Below are positions 12,086 through 24,849 of a stretch of DNA of 64,000 nt, piece by piece. How positions within the stretch are numbered: the first letter of the stretch is position 1; each line of letters begins with the position of its first letter. A model generated the notes under the pieces. The model did not search any database, had not been told where the DNA came from, and saw only the letters and a list, made by a program, of their open reading frames with translations. Where the stretch lies: positions 144,398,001 through 144,462,000 of the forward strand of contig OX597817.1 of the NCBI GenBank assembly GCA_951406725.2, written 5' to 3'. A program made the translations under genes and the position numbers. The stretch is from Octopus vulgaris. Taxonomy: Eukaryota.

Positions 12086-14319
12086 AGATGCTCGAGGGAC
12101 AAATCGCCGGGTTTGGATGGTCTACCCTACGAGCTTTATAGTTGTATGCCAGACTTTTTTGGAGACGTCTTGGCAGCGGTGTACTGCAACTGGCAGCAAA
12201 ACGGGAACATTCCTGGTTTTGTGAGCCGATGAGCTGAAGAAAGATCTAAACAAGGGAAATGTGATAGATAACTTTAGGCCCATCACTCTGCTTAATGCAG
12301 ACTTGAAATTTTTGGCCAAGGTGTTAGCCAAGAAGTTGGCGCTTGTCATCAAGAAACTGGTCGACAAGGCGCAAACGTGCGCCGTGCCGGGCCGGACCAT
12401 CCATTACAACCTCCACCTGATTCGCTACATCATAGACAGGGTAGTTAACGAACCTGGCATGGGTGGGGCGCTGATCAATTTGGATCAATCGAAAGCTTTC
12501 AATAGGGTAGACCATCGATACTTGGAGGCTGTCCTCAGAGCGGCTGGCTTCGGTCCCGTCTTCCGTGGCTGGATAGCCGCTTTGTACAGAAGCATCCGTT
12601 CGGTAATTCGCGTAAATGGACATCTATCGAGACCTTTCGACATCGCACGTTCGGTCCGTCAGGGATGCCCCCTCTCGTCGCTTCTATACGTATTGACTCT
12701 CGAGCCATTATTGCGGAAGCTGGCAACTCTGAGGGGCATCCCACGAGAACTGGGATGCGGGACGAGGGTGTCTGCATACGCGGACGACGTCACCGTCATA
12801 GTGTCTAGCCACGAGCACATCGACCAGGTCGGCGAGACACTGAAAAACTACGAAGCGGTGACAGGAGCGAAAATCAACCAGGAAAAATCAGTGGGCTTGC
12901 GACTAGGCACCTGGAGAAGCAAGCCCATGCCGTCCACCACCGCCTCCGTCGTGGGACGTTGGACCGACGGTCCGGTTGAGTTGCTCGGGGTCTGGTTCGG
13001 TCCGGACCTCCAAATGGAGAAGAACTGGAACGAAATAACGAGTAGGGTGGTCACTCTCGCCCGGCAATGGGCCGAGAGGAAACTGTCCCTAAAAGGTCGG
13101 GCGGAGGTGGTGAACACGTACATCGCGTCCGTCATCTACTACCGCCTGACCGTCGTACCTTGTCCCGACCCTACTGCAGTCGTGGATCAAAAAGAGGCCG
13201 AGGAAGGGCGAATGGCACCGCGAGTGTCGCGTTGCTCTCAAGCAACTCTGCCGTCCCGGGTCGACCTTGAGTGACTCCATCACAACCCAAGCATTCTATA
13301 GGGGATTAGTGGAGGGGAGGTACGACGACGAGCTCGGGGCGAACCTGGACGTCGACGAGGAATACCTGACCCGCCTGTTCGGGACGACTTTCGGGCCAGG
13401 GCCCATGGACAACTTCCAGAGATCCCTGACCTGGCAGTGCTACCGAGAAGCGCTACCCGTTCAGGATAAGCTCTACAGACACGGCTCGAGAAACACGGGG
13501 CCGACCTGCCCGAGATGCGGTCAGAGCGACGAAACCGTTCTGCACGCACTCGTGCAGTGTCCAACAATTTCCGACCTGTGGGCTTATGTCGATCAACTGC
13601 TGTTACGTGTGGGACGAGTCGGTTTATCAGCTGAGTCTATCGTCAATATTGTCACGCCTCCTTCCTTCAAACGGGAAGGAAGAGCTATTTTCATCATCCT
13701 TGTGGCTATGGCGAAAGAATGTATCTGGTAGACGCGTCTGAAAGGATTGGGGACAAACACTTTCCTCTCTAGTCAATCTTTCATCAACTTCTTCAAGTAC
13801 CACTTGAAAAGGAAAGTGAGAGTAGAGAGGCAAGTTTTGTCTAGCGAATGTTTTAAAAAAAGATGGGTGAATGTAGCAAGGATGGCACGTATGAATGACG
13901 AAGCCACCTTGAGCATAATCCTATGAACCCAGAAATTGAAAACAGGGGGTTACCCACTTGCAAACAAATGTGGTAACATATAACAATATTGACCGAGGTT
14001 ACCGTGGTCTTTTTCGTAGGCTTTTCTTCCCACGGATAAACCTTATCTGCTTCCCCCTTTACACCGTCCATCATGACACTGTGATACACGATCCCTATTG
14101 ATCGTTTTTTTCCTCTTCCCCTTTTTTCCCCTTTTTTCGTCTTTTTTCCTTTTTCTTTTCTTTTGTTTCTTTTCCTTGTTTCCTTTTTTTCTTTTTTCCC
14201 TTTTACGATCCCTTTTGATCGAAAACCTACGCCACTTTTTTTTCCATCCCTCAAAAGAAAAGCTCTACCTTGTAATTTGTCCCATCTTTGTGCAGCCCTG
14301 TGTGGCCAATAAAGAAACT
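12086..14319 (+). mobile_element. 5'-truncated L1/Tx1-clade LINE: RT, C-terminal zinc knuckle and 3'UTR, disrupted
   Basis: [71 protein letters not shown]; stops at 12230 and 13729, probable deletion near 13175; AATAAA at 14308 followed by (TCTA)n. Confidence 0.92.
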
Positions 14320-14361
14320 TATCTATCTACAGATCTATCTATCTATCTATTTATCTATATG

Positions 14362-14412
<51 letters not shown>

Positions 14413-14434
14413 CTGCATATATATATATATATCT

Positions 14435-14480
<46 letters not shown>

Positions 14481-14489
<9 letters not shown>

Positions 14490-14690
14490 ACTTCGGGATG
14501 GTCATTCTATTAATTATTATCATTTAGGGAGGGGGGTGCAAATAAACATAAACACACACAATAGTGCGTGTGTTTATTTAGAAAAAAAATAATAATCATA
14601 AATAAAATGACCATCTTGAAGTACAACAATATCTGTTTCAACACACGATTTCACATCAGGAATCTTGCAAAACGAATTGATAAACGTATA
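14481..14690. mobile_element. Fragment of the repeat family also at 50070-50390 and 59455-59680; internal inverted repeat
   Basis: tattgttgtacttcgggatggtcatt / aatgaccatcttgaagtacaacaata. Confidence 0.6.
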
Positions 14691-14922
14691 TATATATAAT
14701 TTGTAATAATTAAGTCAAACTAAATAGTAATACTTGTAAATTATGACATCATTTAATACGTGCGTTTCATGTCTTCGTAACACATAATAGGAAATACATC
14801 CATTACAAAGGATCTTCCTCAGTTAGAACATTTCAAAATATAACCTGTCCAACGGTTTGGAATAGTTTATATCCGACTCGAATCGAAAATTCTAGTACCT
14901 TGTATCACTTCTTAGCGTAACA

Positions 14923-14953
<31 letters not shown>

Positions 14954-14956
<3 letters not shown>

Positions 14957-16108
14957 TCTCTCTATATAAACGGCAGTTTGTCTGTCTGTGTCTCTGTCAG
15001 GTTGTACCCTCACCCTGACCACGGCTTTCAACCGGTTCTGATGAAACTTGACACACACATAGCCCAATGTCATAATTCAAAACTAACTCAGCGAAAATTT
15101 TGAAAAGTTCCCCCAGTTCTGAAAAAAATCGATAAATTCGACATGGGGTCGAGAATCTAAGCTTTTTATATGCAACACATTTTCTGTTGTAGTTTTCGCA
15201 ACTTGCAATCGATTTTCACCAAACTCATGGTGAAGCTTAAAGTTACCCTAAGAAACTTAATTCTGACGTTAGTTTTCCATGCAATACCTTACCATCAGAA
15301 AAAATCGATAAAATCATGCCATTTTGGGAAATCGCGTTCAAATTCAAGATGACATATTTTCGACAATATCTTTCGCAAATTGGCAGGAATTTTTTTTTAA
15401 TTCACAGCGAGCATCATGTCTACTCCAAGGAGCTATATGGCCCATTTTATTCCAATAGGATACTTTATTACTGGAAAAAATCGGTTAATTAAATCATATG
15501 TGGCACACATAGCAAACCGATTTGTGTATTGAACACAAACCACAGACTGTCTAGGGGACGAAACTCGACCTTTTTAACTCTCGGAACACGTGGGGTAAGT
15601 ATCCCAAAATGTATAAAAATGTACAAAAACGGCAAAAACGCGGACAGTAATGTGAGTGACAACAACGAAAAAGTCAAAAGTGACCAAACTGAACAAACGA
15701 ATGGAAAAGGTTTTTTGGTGCACACGACAAAAGCGGTTTATAATAAACCAAGAGTTTGCAAGTAGCGTCCGAGGACCCTAAGGGTACGTCAAAAATTTAA
15801 GGTAAAACGTTTGGGGTGGTAGTTATAAAGAAAGTTTAAACAAAAAAAGTATTCGAATAACTTGCGGCTGCAGCAGCTATTAGCAGAAGTGGCGGTGTTG
15901 GGGGTAAAGTCTCGAATGTAATTTCTTCCTGGTAGGAATTGGTTGGGTTGAATTATCGATAGCTGTTTGATAATTATTTGGAAGTGAAGAGAAGACATTG
16001 CAACCTACACATGCGCCTTCGTTCCCTATAGGGAAAAGACTAGATTGGGATTAGTCGTTGCCTACTAAGGGCTCTTACATACCCAGGCAACGCCGGGCTA
16101 TGCTGCTA

Positions 16109-16109
<1 letters not shown>
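14954..16109 (+). mobile_element. Non-autonomous Helitron inserted in (AT)n
   Basis: 5' TC, 3' hairpin cccaggcaacgccggg plus CTAG, between A and T, no TSD; 5' end homologous to 1805-2187. Confidence 0.8.
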
Positions 16110-16153
<44 letters not shown>

Positions 16154-16949
16154 AATATACATTTATATGTATATATATATATATGTATGTATGTATGCCA
16201 CAACATTGTTGTTTAAGATTAAAATATACATTTAAAAATGTCCAGATACGTACAAGATGAGCCAATCACATGCTAAGTATCGTAAAAGTTTTCCAATATA
16301 TTTTCTAATCAAATTATTCATAACAGATGTTGTAAATTCTATAGAAAACACGAAGAGAATTTGAAATATTTGAAGAGAAGAATCTACGTGACTAGCACCA
16401 CAATTCTCACTTACCAATGTCTTTTCATTACAAGAATTTCCCTTCGATTCTGATCATTTTGAAATTCTTTTTCGCTTTGTTTGGATTGCACAGAAATCAT
16501 TTATTTGTTCATTCTGTTTATCCTTATTTCAGACTCCAAATAATGGCAACAGTCACACGCAGCACGCTTAAACGATGCATGTGTATGCGTGTATATATAA
16601 TTCATTTATAACATGTATGTATGGATGGATGTATTTATGTGTATACCTCAGTAATAAGAACCGAAAGAAATGTATGCAATACTATAGATAAGAAAAGACA
16701 ATTTAGCCGGCTGTAGCCATTTTGTACGGGTAAACTTTCAGTGTTCTCTACAGCTGACTAAATTAAATCAATGCAATAAATATATACATGTGCACACTCA
16801 CAAGCACACATACATATACATATACACACATACGTACGTACGTACCTATCTACCTACCTACATACATACACGTAAACATATATACATACATACACATATA
16901 CGTACATACATACTAAACACTAACAAGCACACATAACTTCCACATAAAC

Positions 16950-18110
16950 AGTGACATAGACCAACTCTACATGAAATGAAAACAACGCGGCTGAGGCTTA
17001 ACATCGATGCCTTTGAATGTCGTATCATATCCCTTCGGCAACATCTTTTAACCACCAAGTGTCGAAGTGCATCCCTTGACCAAGTTTGCATACATGAGGT
17101 TGATAACGTCATAAGACTTGGAAGGCAGCTCCTTGAGCAACATTCCTTGTCTGATAACCTCGAATACATGTCCAAAGAAGTCACACGACTTTACCACAAT
17201 GTATCATCAGATGAAAGGATGAGCCTATATGAGCCGAAGACTATGCATGGATATATTAGTAGAAAGTTCAGAGATGATAGTAACATCGATCATTAAAGCA
17301 GTTTATCATGGACGAATAGCCGGATTACAACCTCCCACTTCGAAGGGTATGCGTTTGCAATCCCGGAACAAGAAATATCAACCAAAACCTGATGAACAAA
17401 AGAAATAGAGATGCAAGAAAAGCAGTAAAATGTGACAACCGATGCAAACTTTGTGGAGTTCATACTGAAGATATCATCCACATCATAAGCAGTTATCCGA
17501 AAATGTTACCACGGTATTATCTACCGATGAGACATGATGTTGTAGCTAGGACACTCTATAATGAAATCCATAGGAAGGATAACCCCCAAGGACAAAGAAA
17601 TGAGAACCTACAGCATGGTAGAAGCTATGACCACTCATAATGAAAGGGAATACTGGTGGAATGTCCCAGTGAAGACCTCAATAAAATGTAAGCACAACAG
17701 ACCTGATATAATGATTTGGGATAAGAAGAGAAACTGTGTGCAGTTGTAGAAATTAGCTGTCCAACGGTTTTTAACATAAAGCTGAAGATCAGTGAGTAAG
17801 AGAATACTTACGCTGAACTATTGAAAAATCTGCAGTTACTTTATCTAGATTACAAGTTCAGGTTTATAGCTATAATTATTGGTACACTAGAATATGTAAC
17901 ACACTGCCTAAATACCAATCTTGAGAAATTAGGCTTCTCAAAACAAGAAAGGAGAAAGCTAATGCAAAGACTGCGGATCCAATCCATCACTGGAACTGTA
18001 AAAATCTGTAAAACTTTTCAGAAGTTTATCATTTAAGTAAATAGGAGCATTTCGAGATATGCAACTATATGCATGAGATTACATATATAAAACAAAACAA
18101 ACAAATCTAC
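16950..18110 (+). mobile_element. R4/Dong-type non-LTR retrotransposon 3' end (zinc knuckle and restriction-like endonuclease), decayed
   Basis: HFEGYAFAIPEQEI, CKLCGVHTEDIIHIISS..RHDVVA, YWWNVPVKTSIKCKHNRPDIMIWDK; followed by (CATA)n. Confidence 0.85.
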
Positions 18111-18249
18111 ACATATACATACATACATACATACATACATACATACATACATACATACATACATACATACATACATACATACATACATACATAGGTGTCT
18201 GCATGTTTGCATCGCCGTTGAAAGCATTAGTTTTATCTTTTTCTTGTAT

Positions 18250-18560
18250 GATTGTCTTTTGCATATTCTCCTTGCGTTTCTCTCGACTTTTTTTTTTGTA
18301 GCAATAATAAAGATAATAAAACTACCATGAATGTTTCTGAACTTTCATGCGTTATCTTCAGGAGGATGTTGGTGATTTTTGCAGTCTTTCTATAATGGGG
18401 AAGGCGATATTTTCACCATTAGATTAAAACGCAATCAATCAGACGTTTATTCTTGTTTGTCTCTAATGTATATTGTAAGTATGTTGATTTTTAGCAATGT
18501 ACTGTGCTAAGAGTATTGCTTTCATCATTAATCTCCACATCTGTGATGATCTTTCCATAG
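18250..18560 (-). mobile_element. Inverted Penelope-like 3' end/pLTR with degenerate HHR (18325-18364)
   Basis: Minus: TLETNKNKRLI (GIY-YIG C-terminal-like), then aatcaccaacatcctcCTGAAGA..GAAAcatTC resembling 20643-20692. Confidence 0.5.
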
Positions 18561-18874
18561 AGTGTAAATGTGTTGTCCTTTAATGTTTTCCGTTTACACC
18601 AAAAACATAAATAACGCATATACGTAGATGGAAACTGCAAATGTGCACAAAGGTACAAAAGTCAATGTTAAAATCCTTGATTAAAAAGGCATTTAGATTC
18701 TGCTATAAGAGAACTTAAAATGATGCACTAGATAAATAATTCCACAATATAAAACGAACACTTCTTAAACTAAATAGATCAAATCATAGAACATTACAAA
18801 CATAAATATGGCGCAATAAATACATCGGATGCGTTAAAAATACACAAACCACACATAAAAGTGTATTCGATGAC

Positions 18875-19720
18875 AAGGTAATATTTATCCCCAATGAAAA
18901 GTGGATGTTGTGTAAGAACACGTTATTTATCACGAGAGAACCTCTTACATGGACTTGTGGTGCATATAAGCACTCGTGCTTAGATCGTGAGCGGTAGATA
19001 ATCGTCTGCTATCACCGCTAGAACTGCCAGAACACGTGGTTTCGGCCTTCTTGGTCCTGTCAATGACAGATATCCGTGGCTAGAGATAGCATCGATTTCC
19101 CAACAAGTTCATTATGAGAAGTTCTCTCACGATAAATAACGCTCTATTCTGTGTCCTAACACATCAACTCTTGAGTGGGGATAAATATTACCATTTGGTA
19201 TTATCACTGCTTCTGTTGCTAATTTTTCAATAAGCCTACTGGCTATTTTGCGATACCAGTGCCTGAATAGAAACCGAGATTCTATGTATATTGCTGACGG
19301 AGGAATTGCTGGTATATTTAGCTTCGAGCGTCTACCATTGACAAAGCCAAGGAAGGCTGAAATCATGTAGTCTAGTAGTCGCTATTGATAATTTTTTTTC
19401 AATAAGCCCACTGGCTATTTGCGATACCGGTGCTTGAATATACAATGAAATTCCATGTTTATCTCTGACGAGGCATCGCTGCTACCTCTAGCCACAGACG
19501 TCTCCGATTGACAAGGCCAAGGAAGCCCGAAATCACGTGATCTGGCAGTGGTAGTGGACGATTACCTTCTGCTAGCGATTTAAACACAAGTGCTTATATG
19601 CATCATAAGTCCATGTGAGAGGTTCTCTCATGGTATATAATCCAGTATTCTTTGTTCTAACACAACATCCACTTTTAAGTGGAGATAAATGTTACCTTTT
19701 GCTATTAAAACTGCTTCTGT
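18875..19720. mobile_element. Fold-back plus tandem HHR-bearing repeat (three HHR copies: 19027-19066 -, 19334-19376 +, 19504-19545 +)
   Basis: 18875-19097 is an inverted copy of ~19475-19700; e.g. TTGACAA-ggcc aaggaa gccc-GAAA-tcacgtga-TC-tgg. Confidence 0.7.
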
Positions 19721-19829
19721 CACTATTATGTATTCTATAAATTAAATGCATAGTAGCAATAAAATAGATGAACACATCATCAAAAACCTCACAAGGCAGA
19801 ACACAATACATTACATCAAATTATTAACA

Positions 19830-20186
19830 TAAATCAAAATGTTTGTGTGTGTGTCCTTCATACAAATCCACAATTTTTCAGTTAGAGGGTTCGCACTTTC
19901 TATGGTCATTCAAAGCCGTCCAAGGGTGATCGTGCACATCTTTACATTTCCCCAGTCACCCCGCAAAGCCATTAAAAATCAATAGAAGTGACTTTTTGTG
20001 AATTTTCTATCCAAACCCAATCAAAATGCCCGAAACTTGATACGCCAATTGAATGCCAGCTAGCTGTATGTGATTGGTCGGAGATTTGGACAGTACTCGC
20101 GTGTATGTGCGCACGCACGCAGCTGTATATTAGCACTATTATACTAGCACTATTACCCGGCGTTGCCGGATAATAGTGCTAGTATA
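19830..20186 (+). mobile_element. Short non-autonomous Helitron-like element with palindromic 3' end
   Basis: aaatcaaaatgtttgtgtgtgtgtcc start; end tatactagcactattacccggcgttgccggataatagtgctagtata. Confidence 0.6.
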
Positions 20187-20651
20187 CTATAAAACAGTAA
20201 GATTAAAAACCTTCCAATCAATAACAAACCACAAACATATAAACCCGGGGATAAGCTACTAATGACCAAAGTGGCGAATGAATTCGATTGTAAATTGGAA
20301 AGTTTTAAAGTTCATAGCTCTAACTGCTTCATTGGCTATATAATTACGAAACTCTTCTGCCGGTGCATCATGCATTTACAAGATGCAATTGCAAAACACT
20401 ATGCAACGCAACACAAAAAAAAATCAGGACAGAAAAACATTAGTGGAAAAGACATCTATAGTCTACAAAAAGATCACGATTAACTATGATGGTAGTTCTC
20501 ATAATAGTTCACAATACTAAAATAAACACACACATGACATAGATTAGAGGTATATTATCTGGCAATCAAGACTTAAAATTCCGACGGTAAAGCTTACAAT
20601 GTGATTGGTGTACACATGACCTTCGGGATACAACACACTCTAATATCACAA

Positions 20652-20692
20652 CATCCTGAAGATGAGAGTGTGAAAACTGAGAAATATCGATG
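20652..20692 (+). ncRNA. Minimal type I HHR downstream of the PLE GIY-YIG relic
   Basis: catc-CTGAAGA-tgag agtgtgaaaa ctga-GAAA-ta-TC-gatg (one stem II mismatch). Confidence 0.6.
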
Positions 20693-20979
20693 ATGGATGT
20701 GATAACTTTATTTGAAATAATCTTCAAGGGACTCGTATGAAAACATGCAATAACAAAAACAAAAACAAAAAAGGAACTTAATAAAAAGAACTGAAAAACT
20801 AGAACCAGTTGTGTTCTCAATATGTCTAAAAGAAAAGCGATTTTCCTTAATCACACGGAGATAGATAGATAGACACAGACAGATGGACAGACAAAGGAAG
20901 AAAGAAAGGAAGGAAGAAAGAAAGAAAGAAAAAAAGAAAAGAAGAAAGATAGATGGCTGGCTGGCTGGATGGATGGATG

Positions 20980-21013
<34 letters not shown>

Positions 21014-21658
21014 TAGATAACCAGCCAGAGATACAGATACATACGTTTGAATTTACAAATAAGTTGTTGGATGCATACCTATAGCTGTATGCTTAAGCAT
21101 TAACGTTGTGCTGGATTTGCACAGACTGCACCGTACATTAGACGAACGCCTTCTGCTATAGACTCTGGTTGACCAATTCCTTATGAGAGAAATTTGAGAG
21201 ACGGAAACTGTATGTCACCAGTGTAATCTTCATTCTAAATCCGATAATAAGAGACACGGTAAGAGAAAAAGTAAACACACACACACATTGAAAAGTTTGA
21301 GAGGTTTCATGCGAGTAAATTTATATTAAAAAGCGAAAAGAAGAAAATGTTTGAGAACTTTATCATGGCTAAATGGAAGAAAGTATTTACAGTTTTATGA
21401 AAGTATACTTCCGGTTCCCATCGCTTAAAAACACGGTTTAGTCATGTTGAAATTAAAGGGAAGATAAATAGAAATAAACTAAATGAAATTAATCTTCCAT
21501 GATATCAGTTCTGGAAGTAAAAATGTTTTTCTTACAGGGTACGGGTGTTTAGTTTGCGTCTAATTGTTGTTGGGTCGTGATGGTAGCAGCAGTAGGAATG
21601 GATATCAGTATGTATGTATGTGTGTACGCATGTACGCATGTATGTATGTATGTATGTA

Positions 21659-21706
<48 letters not shown>

Positions 21707-22544
21707 CATGTATGTATATACTCTACGTATATAAAAATGTATACACGCGTGTACGTTTGTGTGTATGAATGTATGTGCATATATATATATTAATAGAAAT
21801 GGTAAGACAACAAAAGAATGAAAGAGACCTCGATATTATGTAAATAGAGGAATTTATCTGTAAATGTAATATGTGGTATCATGGCTACCGAATAATTGTC
21901 ACATATTACATTTACAGATTTATATGCATATATATATTTATATATATATGTGTGTGTATGTATATATGCGTGTGTGAGTATCTGTTTTTCTCTCTCTGTC
22001 TCTCTTTCTCTTTCTCTCTAGCTCTCTCCCTGAAAATTTGTATGACTATTTTTTTTTTCAACCTTTCTCTCTTACTCTGTATCACTCGACCTGATTTATG
22101 ACGAAGAATACAACTTGAATATGTTACTTGTAATAATATAATGAATTTCCTGTCTGTTACACATTACTGACGAAGCACAAACACCGAGAAACACTCTGTT
22201 TATGGATATAGATGTAGAAGAACTACGAGATGCTATATAAATGTAAAATTAATTGTATAAACATAACGTTTCGAGTTACTTGAAGACCTTTTTTTCTTCA
22301 CATTTTCATTCCTATCTTTTACATAAAAGTGGATATCCAATCAGCGAATCGCTTTGGGAATTAAACTATAACAATCGTCTTAATGAGATGATCATTCATG
22401 ACAGTTTTTCACGAGAATATATTTACGTGTGGTGCATATCCAGTTCGTTTTGGGGAGACACATAAACACTAAAAAATGACAGATACCAAAAGATGAGGCG
22501 AAAAACGGAATAACTTTCATACCGTTAGAGTTCCTATATCTACA

Positions 22545-22567
22545 TATACATCCATCCATCCATCCAT

Positions 22568-22641
<74 letters not shown>

Positions 22642-22849
22642 TCATAATACATATACATACGATATATATGTATTTATACATACGTACGTACACATATATA
22701 TATATATATATAGTGTGTATATATACACAATATATATATAGATATATATGCAATATATATATATAGACATATATATTATACATATATAGACATATATATT
22801 GTATATATATCTATATATATTGTGCATATATCTACCTATATATATATAT

Positions 22850-22881
<32 letters not shown>

Positions 22882-22914
22882 CACATATATATATACACTA
22901 TATATGTATATACA

Positions 22915-22957
<43 letters not shown>
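22545..22957. repeat. Compound (CATC)n/(CA)n/(TA)n tract
   Basis: Directly visible. Confidence 0.95.
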
Positions 22958-22959
<2 letters not shown>

Positions 22960-23825
22960 CGGATACATGCACTGTTTACTAGTGAACATGTATATGCCTC
23001 TTAACGTATAAATAGTGGTTGATATGCTAGTGCATATATTTAAATATCTCTTACTTCTCCCCCCTCCTCCCTGCCATTATCTTCCCTCTTTCTTCCCCTC
23101 TCTTTCTTACCCCTTCTTTATTTTTCCTTCCTTTTATCTGCTTATCGTCTGCTTCTACATTCTTATTTCTTTCAGCTTTTTTTTCACTTTTTTTTTCAAA
23201 CACGTAATTTGAATATCGAAAGATTATATTATTTTCAAACACGGTTTTAGTTGCCAAGAGGAAGTGATAGATATCTTAGGCAAGTAAGACGTCTGTCTTC
23301 TTCACACAAAACAACACTAATATCTCTTCACAGTACATTCTTATACTAGATAAAGTGACGACGGTAGCAGTCGAATGGATAAACTATCAGTATTCATTTT
23401 GCCTCCAGGGAGAGTAAATTCACTTATCATGTTAATACTCTTGAGAGAACAGCATACGCATCACAGCATTATATTTCTTCTTTTCCTTCGCCCCCACACA
23501 CTCTTCCTCCTGCTTCATCCGTCCTTCGCTAAAATTTAAGGCCTTGTATTTGCCTAATCAAGTGAAATTCTACAGAAATCGTGTTATATCGATCAATGCT
23601 CGATTTGTATTCAGAATAATTTCGTTTCAAATAATAATAAGAAGAAAAAGAAAGAGAGAAAGAAAGACAGAACAAAAAAGAAAGGCTTCAGACTTCAAAA
23701 AGAAACAAGATTTAAAATGTTGACGCCGTTTATACTTTGACCAATGGTATGCGAGTAGAATTTGGTAGAGGGGAAAATATGCTGAGGTATGCATATATGT
23801 ATAAATGTGTGTGCATGTGTATCTA

Positions 23826-23951
<126 letters not shown>

Positions 23952-24267
23952 TAGATTAAAATGGCAACCATATTCTCACCCAAAACGGAGATGATTTCTA
24001 AGAAGATCATTTGAAAATTGTAGAGATCTTACCCAGTAGAAACCATTGGCTGCCTTGTTTGTCCACAAATAAAAAAATTTATCCTGAATGCTGTGTGGAG
24101 CACTCATTCTCACAGTACACCACTATCATGTTTATATGCATATATATATATAATTTCTACAGAAATCGTGTTATATCGATCAATGCTCGATTTGTATTCA
24201 GAATGATTTCGTTTCAAATGAAATAATAATAAGAAGAAGAAGAGAGAGAGAAAGAGAGAGAGAGAGA

Positions 24268-24475
24268 TGTAATCACGTGTATCATTGGCGATTCTTTTTC
24301 CTCCGTCTTCCTTTTCTCTTGGACTTTCCTCTGTTTCTTGTTTCTGAATAAGAGCTTTGCTCGAGACGTAAAATCACCTTTCTTTTCTTCCTTGAGCGTC
24401 TGCTAATACTTTATATGTACCACGTACTCGCGTTATTGTTGTTTTGTGTTTGTTCTTCATTTTTTGGGATTTACT
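24268..24475 (+). mobile_element. ~205-bp HHR element, diverged copy (core mutated, 24341-24373)
   Basis: ttt-CTGAATA-A-GAGC ttt GCTC-GAGA-cg-TA-aaa; homologous to 46618-46822. Confidence 0.7.
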
Positions 24476-24682
24476 ATATATATATATATATATATATACG
24501 GGCTTCTTTCAGTTACCATCTACCAAACCCACTCACAAGCCTTTGGTCAGCCCGTGGCTATAGTAGAAGACACGCAATGGGACTGAATCCGGAATCATGT
24601 AGTTGGGAAGAATCAGGCTTCTTACCACATGCCACTCCTGCGCCTATACAATATATATATATATGTGTGTGTGTGTGTTTAC

Positions 24683-24717
<35 letters not shown>

Positions 24718-24784
24718 GATATATATCTATATATATATGCATGTATATAGATATATATCTATGTATATATATACGTACACACAC

Positions 24785-24849
<65 letters not shown>

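Larger units (their letters stand above)
18610..20760 (+). mobile_element. Decayed Penelope-like element (RT thumb, linker, GIY-YIG, HHR) split by two insertions
   Basis: KCAQRYK-VNV-KSLIKKAFRFC; KIDEHIIKNL; FDCKLESFKVHSSNCFIGYIITKLFCRCIMHLQDAIAKH; HHR at 20652-20692. Confidence 0.7.

Noticed and set aside
15036-15050. ctgatgaaac in the Helitron as an HHR core
   Set aside because: No stem II between CTGATGA and GAAA and no flanking stems
22162-22205. HHR-like CTGACGA...GAAA motif (also partial ones near 927, 14760, 22265, 32030)
   Set aside because: Stem II or stem I cannot be paired convincingly; possibly decayed copies but not supportable
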